A DNA stretch of 64,000 nt from Chrysomallon squamiferum (Eukaryota; Animalia; Mollusca), in NCBI GenBank assembly GCA_012295275.1, contig CM022673.1:29450001-29514000 (forward strand), read 5' to 3'. The notes below the pieces were generated by a model. The model saw nothing but the letters and a program-made list of their open reading frames with translations. It searched no databases and had not been told where the DNA came from. Shown one piece after another: positions 13,960-28,899 of this stretch. The translations under genes and the position numbers were made by a program. Position 1 is the first letter of the stretch, and the number at the start of each line of letters is the position of its first letter.

Positions 13960-14170
13960 CTTATGCAAACTTATAGTGCTGTTATCTAGACAGTATTAAC
14001 TTATTTTAACTATTTAACTGTAAATTCTGTTATGTGAACTTAGAGTGCTGTGCTCTGTTAACTTACTTTAACTGTATTTAACTGTAAATTCTGTTATGCA
14101 AACTTATACTGTGCTCTAGACTGTATTAACTTATTTTAACAGTAAATTATGTGATGCGGACTTATAGTTC
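13960..14170. repeat. About 58-69-bp tandem repeat, about 3.3 copies
   Basis: ttatgc/tgaacttatag...ttaacttattttaac...gtaaattctg recurs at about 13961, 14030, 14094 and 14152. Confidence 0.85.
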
Positions 14171-17100
14171 TGTTAGTTTTGTTGGGCCATTCCCATTATT
14201 TACATAGGTAAAGGGCCAGAGATTATCTGGGTGTCTGACTAATGGGGTGGAACCCCTACACTCACAGAGTAACCCCAACAATAACCTAAAACAAAGAATA
14301 AACCCATTAATAATAATAAGTAACATAAAAATTCATAACTGGTACACTAAATATATGACAAAAAATATATACACATATAAATATATTTATATAAATATAG
14401 CTACTGATGCAAGTCCATGTATTGGGTATGGATTTGTGTGCATATAAACATGAACAAAAAAAACAGCTTCCTATATTTATATTGAATGAAAGCAATACAT
14501 TACAAAGCAGGAAACTAACTTTTACGTGTACCCCATTATTATTTATCTTTCTGTTTTATAATGAGAACTATTTATTTTATGTTTCCCTTTTTAAACTTAG
14601 TTTTTTTTTAAACTTTGGAAATAATCAAAGTCATTGGTATAAAATTACTGTAAAGAATGAGCCACCAAATAACATTTATTTTGTTCGTCCTGACCTTACT
14701 GGATGGGTTTTATTTTCATGTAACATAGGTTACTGAAAATTTATAACTTAATCATGGAAGAGATTTTAAGATTATATTTATTATCATCTTTTAATATACT
14801 TTAATATTGCTGTTGCATTAGCTAATTAAAGCACAATCAGAGAAAATTATGCTACTCTGTGGAATAGTTAATCCATTGCTAACAATTATTATTTTAACTC
14901 ATTTCATCTAGCATCAAGAATCTGTTTCTCCCTTCTAAATTCTGGATCTGCCCTTTCATATTTATTTTACTTTATTAATATAATATTTACAATTAACTTA
15001 AATTTTTATATATAATTTATATTTCATCAATAATGTAATACGTAGTTAATGAAAAAACAAACTTTAATTGTTAATATGTTTTTGTTTGTTTTCTGTTAAC
15101 ATTAGTGCACATTAGTAAAAGTCTATAAAGACTGAGTCATGTCAAAACCTTTTTTTATACACTTTTTTTTATAAAGATAATTTAAAAAAAACAACAACAA
15201 CAGAACAGTTCATTTTATTTTATTATCTGTTGTTCTATTTAGTGTTTTATGAATCTACCACTAGGAGAAGAATTAACATGTCCTGCTCTATGTGCATGGG
15301 TGAATTCATTTAGTTTGTTTCACTGACAGACTTTAAATGAGCCATATAATTCCTAATCACTAAGATTTTATGGTCATTAAATATCTGAGATTAAAATAAA
15401 TGGATGAAAAAAAATAATCTATATTATCATTTTGACAATTTTTATTTAAAACATTTTTTTTTCTTTTTTGACAGTTTGAATTAAAATAATTAACAGTAAA
15501 ATGCCACTGTAATGTTATCTGTTTTTACAGATATATTCAGTAATTTATGTCCATCAGAGGTGTACAGTGTCAAATATTTTGCATTACTGGTACCTGTGTT
15601 ACAGGGAAGTAGTTGTAAAGAAACGAAACCCTCTTAGACAGAATACAAGTTTTTAATGATCATGTTAGAAGGAAAAAGAAATAACTATTTTGATCTGTGC
15701 ATTTCCACATTTGTTTTTAATCTTACTTTATTATTAACAAAGATTTATATATTCAAACATCTGAAAATCTGTGTATGTGTTAATTTCTTTTAACCACCAA
15801 ATCTATAATTAAATACATTTTTTTGAAAGTATGAAAATTGTTTTTAGGTTTTTGTTCAAGTCTCTACAGATATTAAACATGATAAATGAAAACAGAAAAT
15901 AAAAGGGATGTGTCCCTACAATAAAAGCTGCATTTTATACCATAAAGTCTTGCACCTGCATGTTTGATTTTTGCAGAATGTGCTTCCATTATTTTGAACT
16001 GGATATTTCTTGATTGTGATAAAGAAGAAATGTCAGCCCAGCTTTTCTTCTTGTATTAATTAGTATTAAGATTTTTTCAGTCAGTGGTTACCAGGTGTGT
16101 GTGTAGCTATTCACCTGAATGTTGCAAATTCAACAACTGGAATAAAGCACTACAGTTCCTTTCTCCCTTTGGATCTAAACTACCTTTTAATTCTTTCTAA
16201 AGCTTCTGAGCTGACAAAATGTGTATTTTCTTTCTTTATAATCCAAATTTTTATTGTCGACATTCATCCATGGTGTACACTCGGTCAACTAAAATGTCAG
16301 CCTGATTAGAAGACGATCTTCATTCTGTGAAAATTATCTGAAAAAAAAAAGAAAGAAAAAATTACCTGCAGCGAACCATTATTAATTTATTGAATTTTCT
16401 TTCTTTTTTTTTTTTTTAGCAAATCTTCTATAATTACATTTTTTTAACTTTTCTGCTCAGATGATTCTTTTCAGAATATTCATCACATAATTCTAATCCT
16501 TCCATTGTGTTGTAGACTAAATGAGAAACTAATTTTCACTCATCCATGATCTCGTCATGCATTTACATAATTTTCTCACAGGTCTGACTGACACACACAA
16601 TAGAAATTGGTTCAAATCAGACACAGGGCTTGAATTTCTGTCTCCAGGGTAAAAGGTTTTTTGGTTAAACCATCTGATAGTTGTTTTACTGAGGGTCTCT
16701 TTATTACACTGTCTGATTTGTTTTAGAAAAGATAACCAAACACCTAAAGCAGTATCAGTGATTTTTTTTTTATTATTATTTACTTTTTTGATTTTTATTT
16801 TTTATTTTTTTTTTTGATTTTATATATATTTTTTGATTATTGTTGTTGTTGTTATATTTTTATTTGTTTTATATATTTTAATTTTGTTTGTTTTGTGTGT
16901 ATGTCTGTGTCTGTGTCTGAACTCTTTCTTGAGTTTGTACTAATAACACTTTTAAATTTTTATACGTAGATTTTCATTATCATGGAAATGATGTCAGTCC
17001 ATATGGTCAAGATTTTAAAAGTAATGGTACGTACTATCCTGTTAATTCCACTGATTTCTATTTTGTCATTATTTATCTGTATTCTGTATTTTGAATGTAC

Positions 17101-20100
17101 TCTTTTCCTCAAAATGCAGACAATGTTACTGAAATTAGTTCATCTGCTCAAGTGAGAATCTTTCTGGTACAGTACAAAACGATGTCACATTCATCATTAC
17201 TAAATGTTAAACCTGTCTGAGAAGGAAAGTTTTTAATCAATGATTATTATATTTTTGTGTCAATGAAAATATTCTTAGACAACCTGAAGATAATCTTTTG
17301 CAACAGACACAAGTAATTTCTTTGACTTAACTTCTTTTTGTTTTGCAACAGTGAATTGAAAAATGATTTCTGTTTTGTAAGAGCAACAGCAGTATCTTTT
17401 TATTTTGTTTTGTTTGAAGTGATCTGGTAATAATTTATGTAAAAAGTTTTAAAAGATTTTAACATATTGAATGATTATATTATTATATACCATGAACCTT
17501 TCCAAATAATAATAATGTATGACCCTAAATTACTTGCTTTTGAGGATTACACTTTCACTTACTATACTGAGTTATTTAGTTTCATTATAGAATTAAATAA
17601 ATTCTTGGGTGCAGTGAGTAAAAATTAACTTTGCAATGCTTTACTTACTCAGTCTACTGTTTAACAAAAAAAATAATTCAGACCAAGAAATTAAGTTTGA
17701 ATTTGTCTCTTTTGTCAGTGATTGTTATGTTTGGGTGAGTAAGTCAAGTTAATGAAGATATTTATTTCAGACAAATATGAAGAAAACAGTTTGTCGCAAA
17801 AGACACTAATGACTTTGCTTACATTATTTTATATTATCTTTATTTATAATTTTTTTTTTTTTTATTTTGTTTTACTTTTTTTAAAATTTTATTTTTATGT
17901 ATAACCTTTTTTAGAGAGTAATTTGAAAATTATTTTACTTTTATAACAGCAAAGTTGATTCTTCTTACAGATTCTTATAAAGATTTCATTTTCTTTATAA
18001 TGTACAAATCATGCTACAAAAGAATTTCATTGGCTTTTTTCTTTCTACTATGACAGTGATTTGAAAATGTATTTCCTTACAATAGTTATTAAACATAATC
18101 TTTGTGAATTTTAGGAATGTATATTACTATTTATTTTAAATACAATCAGGCCAAACACTCTAACCAAGGATTAACACTGTTGTTGACAGCATACAGCCAG
18201 GGATTTATAGATGATCATAAATCATGAAACAGACTTTTCTGCCACCATGTTTTAATAAAATGGTTTTAATATTCTGTACATTGTAATGTAAGTAATATTA
18301 GCTATCAAAATACAGTTTCGTTAAGAATCTTTTTTTGTATTAAAAGCAGTTTCTCACAGTATTTAGTTTAGGGTTCATTGGTTTTTTGTGTTGTTGTTAT
18401 TTTTGAGAGGGGCAGAGGTGGTATCCTTTCTCTTATAGTTATAAAAATCTATGTTTTTATTTATTATTTTGTTTTCTTGTTGTGGTTTTTGTTTATTTTT
18501 TTGCAAAATTAAGAACCAAACAGTTATAACAGCTTGCTATTTCAAAAAATTGTACAGTAAAATATATTACATTTCTTCCTTGTATCAGTAATGCAAGATT
18601 TTGTAAACAAACTGTTTATATTTTCAGATTTAGAAAATGATTTATCAGTTTATTTTCTCCTTTCCTGACTCCTCTCTCATGTCAATTAAAAATGCACTTG
18701 ATGCTTAATAGCATCGTTTGGTGTCAAATATCTTCTTATCCTTCACATTCCTGCAACTTAAATCACCCCAGAGCTTTTCTAACAGGTAACAAAAAGCTCA
18801 TAAAACATTTGTATTGTGTGGTGCTGAAGGGGTTAAAAAAATGTACTTTCCTTCATGGATGTTTCTGTTTTACCAGAACTGCTAATAAAAATCTGTTTCC
18901 TTTCTTTAACAGTGTCTTGCATTATTTTTTCCACTGCCATTATTCAGAATTTAATTTTCATGCTGTGGATAGATTTGCTTGGCATTCTGTCATCAGAAGT
19001 AAATAATCACTGTTGAGAGTTATTTTTGTATCAACCTTTACGTGTACTCTGATCCAGATGTACGGCTCTGCCCCCAAAATAATTAAAACATTTCATTTCA
19101 TGAGATTACATTTTGAACAGAGCTCCAATCATCTATTATTGTGTAAAGATTGATTAATAAAGACAAAAATGTCAAGGCTTTTCTTTTTTGTTGTTATTAT
19201 TATTACTTTTTTTTTCCTTTTAAGCATGATATAATTTTTAAAATGTCATTTTAGAGGATTAATTCTGCACTCAGATTCAGTTTTTCTGTTATTCTACTTA
19301 ATTAATTAAGTAGAATAAAAATAGGATTTTAAAATATTTTTTATTACAAATTTTTTTTAGATATTAATTTTTGTGAAGAGTTTGATTTTTCCATTATCTT
19401 GCTTAAACAAGAAATACTACTAGAAAAAATTTATTTATTTATTTATTTATTTATTTGTTGGTAAACTTATATGTCATAACTAAGATATTTGGTTTCCAGG
19501 TTCTCTCATTATTAAGTGTGATTATCAAAATATCAAGTGTTTATTTGTATCGTTATTTATTCATTTAGTTATTTACACATTTTAAAATTTATTTATTTAT
19601 TTATATTTTTATTCATTTAATGCAATATCAGTATAGTTTGACAATAATTTACAAGGTTAAAAAATCACTTATACTGTTGCTACCTGCTTGAAACTTTTTG
19701 AAAATATCTTTATTTCTCACTAGATAGATTTGAATTTTTTATATCTTTAGGGTTACCTAAATCCATTTGATTTATATATTTTTGATAAACAAGAAACAGA
19801 TTCATTATCTTCTTTTTTTCTTCTTGTTCCAGAATACTAAATAAATAAATAAATAAAAACATTACTGATGCAGATATATATTAAACAGACTTAACTAATC
19901 TGAAAAATTTGAAACAGAAAACCAAATTAAATCACAGAACCTTTTGTTCTAAATGCTATCATGTTGCTATCATATGCTGTTAGTGTTGGTGCAAAAGAAA
20001 TAAACTTGTCACCCCAGCAAACAAAAAAATCATTTTCTGATGGGAATTTTCATCGTATTTCAGTAACATGAAGACAAACCAGTAAAATCACTGAAGTGAA

Positions 20101-20288
20101 AAGTGCCAAGTTGCGACCATATTGCAGAGTGCAGCTGATATTCAGCCACATCATTAGAAGGAAAATAATGAAGAAAACAAGCACTTGTAGCAATTCCAGA
20201 TGGCTTTCTGATATAAGAAATCAGCAGGAAAAACACCATTTCACTTGGCACGTAAATAACATTGAGTAATATGTTTATTGTCTATGGA

Positions 20289-20545
20289 GCATTGCAGCAC
20301 TGCTGTTAAAGATTATATTGCTGTCAGCATTTTCTGAAAGAGATCAGAACTAGTATATATGATATTGCACATCTATGTATATCTTAACAGATACATAGAT
20401 AGAAAAGCAGACAACTAGATAGAGAGTAATATAGATACATGCAGCATTGCAGCAGTGCTATTTAGCTTATATTACAGTCAGCATTTTCTGAAAGCAAGCA
20501 GATATTACACATCTATATATATCATTACAGATACATATACAGATG
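20289..20545. repeat. Decayed tandem duplication, period about 155 bp
   Basis: gcattgcagca.tgct...gtcagcattttctgaaag...gatatt.cacatctat occurs twice. Confidence 0.8.
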
Positions 20546-20619
20546 TGATGTAGACAGATAGATACTTAGATATAAATAATAGACAAACAGATTGATAGAC
20601 CTAGATCTATTATATAATA

Positions 20620-20925
20620 AATTTCACTTTATGAGTATATCATTTTACTGTAAGTTTATTAATTTTCAGTTTGTGAGTATATTATCACTTTAATGTAAGT
20701 CTTAACACATTTCACTTTATGATATTAATAAACTGATTCAGTTTGTGAGCATACTGTCACTTTATTATAAGTTTAATCACTTTCAGCTTGTGAGAGTACA
20801 TTATCAAATTTCAGTTTGTGAGTATATTATCACTTTGTTTATATTAAAAATCTTCAGTTTGTGAGTATTATCACTTTATTGTAAGTTTAACGAGTTTCAG
20901 TTTGTAACTTTATTATATTTTATTG
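20620..20925. repeat. Degenerate minisatellite, about 28-46-bp units
   Basis: tttcagtttgtgagtatattatcacttt recurs about 8 times. Confidence 0.85.
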
Positions 20926-22299
20926 TACAGCCATCTTCCCATGCTCCATTGTGCACTCACTGTTATATTTCTCTGACTATGAATCTTTTGTTTGAAGTTC
21001 TCAGTCCATAAAGCAGTTTACAGTCCCCTCCCTGACCTGTGGTGACCCAGCACAGCAAGGGTGAGTACCAAATTATAATGCACAAAACAGACATTAGCTC
21101 CTGCAAAGAAAAATGAGTCAACGCTCTATAGAAATTAATTGTAGATATTTTGCACCATGTGATTTTTACTTGTATCAGTGGCTTGGTCTGGCTCTAGTGA
21201 TACACAATTAAGATACAGAAAAGCAGTCCCCTTGTAGTGAGATCTTTTTGTAATTTTTATCCAGCACCAAAGAACTTTAACCCTCTTTAACTATGGCAGA
21301 TTGTAAATCTATAAGTGACCCCATGGGGGGGGTGATGGTTAAAAAAAATTTCAGATCTCAAAGACAGACTCTGTCAAGTGATGATAATGAAGCTTATTTT
21401 TTTTTTTAAAGCTATTTTCATTGACAAAAAAAAAAATTGTTCATGGATCATGGTTAACTAATTTTTAATTGCCTTCTCCCTGCAGGGGGTGAAAAAGGAA
21501 TTCATACTCAAGACTGGTTAGTTATGGTTAAATAATTTATTCTCATTTTCCATGGAAGTAGTTAAGAAATTTTGAAGTGTCTGTAAATTTGATAATTGTT
21601 CTGCCATTTATACTTGGCAAACGTTCAAATAAGCATTTTTATTTTTTTCATTTTTTTTTCTTCCTTTTATTTATTTTTTATTTTTATTTTTTTTATTTTT
21701 TTAAGTCAAAACTGTTCCCCAAAAAGTGTAAAAAAAACAACCACAAAAAAAGCAACTCATTTTTAAAATGTGCTTTGTATTTTTTGATGTTATAAAAAAT
21801 ATATATTTTAAGATAACAGAAATTATGATGCATTAATAAAATTAAAATATTATCAAATAATGAGTTAGGCAGTGATGGCAGTTTTTTAATCTGTGAAAAG
21901 AGTTTAAAACGTGTTGTAAGCTTTAAACAAATCTAATTTTGAATCAACACTTTAAGCTTTTCTCAGTACAAATGAAATGTTTTTGCAGTAATAAACAAAC
22001 AGCATATTTATACAGTATAACAACCAGTCCTGCCAGAGAAGCAAATTAACATTAAATCAAAATTAAACTTAATCTATTTTTTTACTTACTGTATATGTGT
22101 GTTCTTATGTGTATGGTGTATATAAGTGTGCTGCCAGTACACTATATTTAGAGTACTACCAATACTGGTACCTACATCAAACCTTCTGATGCTACCTTGA
22201 ATAGCTGGAGTTGAATCATATTCAAGATGTGCAGGTGCAATAAAAATGCTTCAGCATAAAACAAAATGTTGGGCTTTTGTTTCATAGACCTAAATGTAC

Positions 22300-22950
22300 T
22301 TCTAATGCATACTTAAAACCACATTCCTCACATAGTTAAATATGCACATAAAAACATGTACTTCATACCCATATAAACATAGGCACAAATGTGCACACAT
22401 ACACCAACTCTCCAGAATAAACACACTCACATTCAATATTCTCAAATAATGCACTAGGTCTAAAAAACAGCCTCTATGATACACTTGATGTGATGCTGTT
22501 TCTCTCATTTCATCTTTCATCAGAATGAGTCTGCTATTATATTGCTTTTTATTGTGTTTTCTTCTTGCTAAAATTCATCAGTTTAAAAGAGACATTCTGA
22601 ACAAAATGGATCCTGACCAGAAACTATCAATCTATGAAGTGTTAAGATGTATTTGGATACTTGCACATGCACATACAAACAAACATATACACAAAAACTC
22701 ATGCATAAACACCCACAGAGAGAAACATGCTTGAAGCTCGAACACACACATTCAGTGTTCTTAAATGATGCATTAAATAAAAAGTCTAAACAGCAGCTTT
22801 TATGAGGTACTTGCTGAGATACAGTTTCTGTCATTGCATCATTTATCACCTAGTGTCTGTTATTATGTTGCTTTTTATTGTGATTTCATCTCAATCAAGT
22901 TCATCGGGTTAAAAGAGGTTTTCTCCACAAAATGAATGATGACCAACAAC
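22300..22950. repeat. Old tandem duplication, period about 320 bp
   Basis: cacattca.t.ttct.aaat.atgca...tattat.ttgctttttattgtg...ttaaaagag...caaaatg.at..tgacca occurs twice. Confidence 0.8.
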
Positions 22951-23809
22951 ATTTAACCTGTTTGTATTGCTGACAGAAATTTCAGCTTTGATAAAAACAG
23001 ATGTCTTGCAAGACTAAACCTCAAGTTACATTCCAGGGAATTGAGAGAGTGAGAGGAAAAACGCAGATTGCATGTGAAAAATAGAAGATTATTAACTTGT
23101 TTTGATTTGCTGATAGAACTTTCAGCTTTGATAAAAACTGACATCAATAACAGAAAACAGAGATAAAACCAGAATTTGTATTTATTCATTGTTTTCTGTG
23201 TTGGGCAGGATGGGGAAATTGCATGTGGAAAAGGAGTTTATAAAATTTCACATTTAATAAAGACTGATATCAGTAAAACAGTGCTAGTTATTCAGTGATT
23301 CAGATGAATATTTAACAGTATCTCAATTCAGTGGTTTTTGTCTCATGACAGTTTGAGAAATAATCTGCTAAAGAGATATTTTTTAAAGTTATAGCAATAT
23401 CTGTATATAAGTAACAGAACAATAGTCTGTAGTAATTTTATACTACATTGTTATGCATAAATGTTATGGTATCTTGGTTGCCATAAAAGTTATATTATTT
23501 TAGTCAGTATGAAAGTTAATGTATATTGGACAGGATAAAAGTTATTGAAAATTAATCTATATGAAAGTTACAGAATATTTGTCTGTATAAATGTAGATTG
23601 TTGGTTTTCATTATAAAGTTACAGAACACTGGTCTTTATTTACAGAGCCTTGTTCTGTTATAAACATTATTGAAAGTTGATTTGAATCCAAAAAAAAAAT
23701 CACAAAAACATTATAGAAAATCAGTCTACTTATAAACATTAGGGAATTATGGGTATGTATGTAAGTTGTAGAATCATGGTCCATATAAAAGTTATAAAAG
23801 ATATATCTG

Positions 23810-23942
23810 TATTCCAGCCACTGATCCACAATGAAGTATGTACAGCTCTGGGGTATGTGCTGTCCTGTATATTGCCTGTAAAAGATTCAAAGCTGCTAAA
23901 TGATAATAGCTGCATAAACAGAATGTTTCCTCTCAGATAAGT
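23810..23942 (+). mobile_element. Decayed SINE core (Nin/Deu-domain-like)
   Basis: ttccagccactgatccac...ggtatgtgctgtcctgt...taaaagattc...gctgctaa...gtttcctctc follows the recalled consensus order ttccagccagtg..ggtatgtgctatcctgt..ataaaagatcccttgctgctaa..gtttcctctc. Related copies occur elsewhere in the window. Confidence 0.6.
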
Positions 23943-26664
23943 ACTCAACTCCATACATTTGTTTGGCACTCAGTAATATTAAAATGTGTCACTGAACAAT
24001 TAGTTTGTTCCCATTACTAGAATTTTTAGTAATAATCTTAAGTGACCGAGCTACAAAGTAAAGATGTCATTAATGGTAATAGTTTTATCCGTTACTAAAC
24101 TAATAAACTAATGTTAGAGTTACTCTGGTGAACTTCTGCCATATCTGAAACATCAAAACCGACACACATTCTGAAGTGATAGTTCAGTCCTAAGGACTAT
24201 ATAATGTCTAACAAGTAGTCTCTGGAGCCTGTTTTGGAAATGGTGTGCACATTTGCTGGAATATTCTGTTTGTAGAAATCATCTTGGGAGCTGTAATTTT
24301 ACTGTACAGAAATGAACAGTCTTTATTTACCGTCCAGGGAATATGGCCAAACCATACAATGTAAACTGGGATAAGAAGAGAAATACCAAAGTAATGTTTA
24401 GTCAGTGTTAAATAAATGATGAAGAAAGATTAAGATGTTAGAAAGCTCAACTTTGAGACATTCTTGGATGGAGAATTTATCCTTTTAAAGCTGGATTGTA
24501 AATTCAGTTCTTTTCAGTTTACTCATTAGCTATTTCCCATTCCAGCAAGTGATCTTTTATTGGTTTATCAGAAGGGCGTATATATAAAACTCACACAAAC
24601 TATTTTAATACAACATGTTTAATGTAGAATAAACATTTACATTCTTTTTTAGTTTATTTTCATGATTAAGATTTAAGAACTGAATTTTGATAATTAACAT
24701 GTTACAGCTAAATTTAAAATGGACATGCAGTAATCTCATTTGGTACAGAACTGGTTCAAGCTTTACTGAATGGCAGAGGGTAGCAAAATGTGATCTTGTA
24801 TGTCAGTACCAAACAACGTGTTTTCACTTTCAAATATGTTATTTTTTATCAGCAGGGAATTTTGATAAAACTGTGTATGCCATGTTGAAGAGGATAAAGA
24901 AAATATCACACAGAACAAACGGCTGTTCCCAATCCAAAGTGAACTTCTTCACCACTGACAGCTGTGAAACACAGTTGTCTCTGTGGGTGGGGAAATAATG
25001 CTTGTGGTAACAAAAGTTATGACTTAAGGAATGAAAGAGTAATAGAACTGTCTTCTTTCTAATTGTTGTAAGAAACTGTTATGTAAAGATCTGTATCTCA
25101 TTTTTTACTGGTTTTTTTTTTCTCTTTTTCTCTTTTTTTTTTCTGAATCCCTGTTGTTTCCTTCTCTCTGTCTATTATGTCACTTGCTCTTTTTCTTTTT
25201 CTCTTATTTTTCTTTCTCTTTCTTTCTCTGTCTGACTTTCTCTGTTACTCTCTTCTCTGTTCCCTTCTCTCTTTCATTCTATCTTTCCTGTGTGTGTATT
25301 TCTCTTATAATTTACACAGAGATTAAAGTTCATATTCTCACAGCAGGTAGACGTGTAGCTATACCTACTCTGTCATTACATACACTATTACCAGCAATCA
25401 TGTCAACTCAACAGAAACAATCAGCAACAGTTTTCAGCACAGTGTGTGGGTGCTGAGTGGGGTGTAAACTTATTATAAAACATTTTCCAGTTGATTACTT
25501 TTTTCACAACTCTGGGTCACTCAAGCCAATACCAAATCCAGATCTGCTTTTGTTATCCAAAGACTTGATCCATGCATTTGTATGAAAAAAGGGCTCAGCT
25601 CCCAGCACAAACACCCCGAAGTGTTCTTAAGTCTGACAAAGCTGTGAAAAATGCGTCTTTGGATCTACACCAATTAGCTGACTGAGAGTGGGTGTGTGTC
25701 CACCCTTGTAATACGTTCCATTGTCCAAGCTGTGCCCTGTCCCACAGCTGCTGTGCTTGCCAGACCATGTTGCTTTTGTCCTGTCCCTGTAACCATGAAT
25801 AATATCCTTGTGAGTAAATTTACATTTCTTATTTCCTTCACTGTTGACACATCAGACTTGGGTGCATTCATATTAACATTTATTCATAACAGCTGTTTTC
25901 CAAATGCAGCTTAGTTATTAAAAATATATTAATAACTTTTCTCTTTCATTTCTTCTTTCTTTCTATGGTGTCCACAGATGTGAGGTGTTTAAGCTCATGA
26001 AAAGGATAATTCTTTCATTCATTTCTCATGTGACAGGTACCATTATTACTTTAGTGTTATATACTTGGTTTTCATACACATCTGTAACATGTACTATTAT
26101 TATAAAGTGTTATACACCAAAAACAGTGTGTATGTATGTGTGGTGTGTGTGTGTAATAACTTTCAAAATATATGCTACTGTTCAATCAATATGCATTTAT
26201 ATAAATTTCTCTTTTTCTTTTTCCATTTTTCTTATTCTTTCCTTTTTTCTTTTTCTTTTTCTATTTTCCAAAAGATTATTTATGACTAAATAGTTCTATT
26301 TGTCAGACATAACAGTTCATCATCTTTAAGAAATAATTACTGTGTAGTAATTAATTAGAAAATACACTAATGGTTTTATTAATGCACTGTGCTATAGAGT
26401 ACAGCAAGTCTGATAGATTAAAATAATTTTGCTCAAGAGAAACATGATGAATTTTTATCAGGAATCTATCTCAAATGTGGCCAAACGTGATAATTAATGT
26501 TGGTAATTAATGAACAGTCTTGTGATCTTTGCCTTCCATATTTCAATTAATCATTGCCAAAATGACAGACAGTGAACAAAAAATATATATATATAAAAAT
26601 GTGCTTATAAACAAATAGCTTAATCTGATATTTGGGTTTTTTCTTATGGTTTTTTATTTTTCTC

Positions 26665-26697
<33 letters not shown>

Positions 26698-26879
26698 CTC
26701 TTTTTTATTATTATTGTTTTTTTCCATGTAAAATTATAATGAATTTTAATTATAACTAACTGGTGAGACTGCTGAGCTAAGGACTGTAGGGTTAATGTTT
26801 CATGATGGACTTAGTTATTTTCCCATTCCTATAAGTGATGCACCATCAGCAACAACAATAAGACATAAAAGAAAACACA

Positions 26880-27062
26880 CATTGACTAAATCATGTGTTA
26901 ATCTCATTGACTAAACCGTATGTTAATCTCATTGACTAAACCGTATGTTAATATCATTGACTAAATCATGTGTTAATCTCATTGACTAAACCGTATGTTA
27001 ATATCATTGACTAAATTGTGTTAATCTCATTGACAAAACTGTGTGTCAATCTCATTGACTAA
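26880..27062. repeat. 25-bp minisatellite, about 7.5 copies
   Basis: cattgactaaa(ccgta/tcatg)tgttaat(c/a)t starts at 26880, 26905, 26930, 26955, 26980, 27005, 27028 and 27053. Confidence 0.95.
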
Positions 27063-27069
27063 CAGATCT

Positions 27070-27150
27070 TTCATATGAATATTCCAACAGGACAATACAT
27101 ACCACAGGTTTTTCACTCAGCAACTTAGAACAGGAAATAGCCCTATGGGG
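27070..27150 (-). mobile_element. SINE core fragment
   Basis: Reverse complement gggctatttcctgttctaag...aaaacctgtggtatgtattgtcctgtt. Confidence 0.5.
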
Positions 27151-28899
27151 TGGGGCTGGCTCAGCCATACTTGAATTCTGTACAACTCCACCTCCACCTC
27201 CACGTATATATATATATATATATATATATTAAAATTAATCATGCCATTTTCATATTTCTAATTATAAACTAATTGTAGGTTTTAACATACAAGTTCTTCA
27301 GTTTTGATTTACAGTACTATTAAACATCACTATTATAAGTTTTCATTTCTCTCAGTTCTTTTTTTAGTTGTGACTGACTAGATGTACACTATATTTAACA
27401 TCATATGTGAACAACCTCTTACTTAATTACTTAGACATTTACATATTTTATATGTAAGTGGTATGAAATGGGGAGACAGACAGAAAATGATAGATAAATA
27501 CATCAACTTATTTTCTTGTCAATCAAACTGACCTGATTAAGGAAAGCAATGTGAAATTCAGTAAACCTTTCTCAGTTCTTCTCTAGATAGATTCTTGTTG
27601 TGTTTACAGTGTATTTTAACAATTTGCTTGTCACTGTATTTATTAATGTATCTGTTCAATGCTCCACACAGCAAACAACTCAAAGGCTTCATTGCAGTAG
27701 ATAATGGTTTAGTGATAAACTGGATTTAGAGAGAAGTTAACATACCATTAACCTGAGTCATATTTCATATATTTTATCCAATTTCATAGCAATAAATCTA
27801 CAATAGTAATTGTAGTAGTTACAGTTGTTATTTTTAATTGTAACCTATAATAACTATCAGTTGGAGACAGTTAATGCTACAGGCTATTGGCTTTAGTGGA
27901 AAATAACAATCATTATTTGCTTACAACGATTTGTGGGCAACAGTCATTTCATGGAATGACAACAAAGACATCAACTAAGCTGTCTGCTAGGGAGCACAGT
28001 TTTAGCTTGTAAGAAAGTTAGAGAATTAACTAGAATAAAAATGTAAAATGATAATGTTTTCATTACAGGTTAAAAGTTTGCTAAAACAGCTTTTGACATG
28101 CAAGTTCTACATGTAAAACAGAGCTGTTTGAAATCTGAATTAAACTCGGTGATGTGTGTTTGTTAGTTAATGGTAGTGTATTCCCAGGCTTGTATAATGT
28201 TACAGCTGTAGCTGCTGCACTGGTTAGAGTGAAATTGGTGATTGTGGTCACAACCTCTCCAGAGGATACCCGTCCATCAGCATTTGTATCTGTTATTATT
28301 AAACATAATTTGTTTGTGGCTTTCTCTTTTTGTTGTTGTTTTAGTTTCTCTTTGGGATTTCTTTTCTTGTTTGTTTTGTTTTTTATTCTACTGGGATCTT
28401 TTGGTCAGATTTTTTCTTTGAGATGGTTTTTGTTTATTTGGTTTTAATTATTTTTTTATTTTGGCTTTAAATTTTTGGTTTGTGTTTTTTTGCATGGGTT
28501 TTTTCTTCTATTTTAAGGAGGATGTTTGTTTTGTTTTCTTTGTTTTCTTTGTTTTGTTTGGTGGTTTTTTGGGGTTGGTTTTTTTTGGTTTGGTTTTTTA
28601 AGGGAAATATATCAAGAGAAGAAAACATGATCTGTGTATTTTGCTTCTATCAATTAATATAAAAGAGTTCTTACTGCCAATTATCAGCCTACATCATCAG
28701 AGAAGTCTATATATCATCAGCAGCAGATTTTTTCTCTCTGTAACTATTATTTCAAAATGAAGTTTGGCAAATCAGCATTCATTCATGTCTGGATCTAAAC
28801 CCATTACTTGTTTATTAATTTTGACCATACACTGCAGACCTACATTTACCACAGATATAGCAATGGATCAAGGTATTGTCAAACTAACATTCATTCCTA

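Larger units (their letters stand above)
13438..14256. mobile_element. Non-autonomous DNA transposon (MITE-like) with about 28-bp imperfect terminal inverted repeats
   Basis: Left end ggtgtcccccccccattagtcggaacccc (13438-13466) versus the reverse complement of the right end (14229-14256), ggggttccaccccattagtcagacaccc. No transposase ORF and no clear target-site duplication. Confidence 0.6.

Noticed and set aside
21278-21500. TTAA-CCCT piggyBac-like end with G-runs
   Set aside because: No matching inverted terminus or transposase remnant was found.
27375-27396. miR-279-like start tgactagatgtacact
   Set aside because: No complementary arm on either side.
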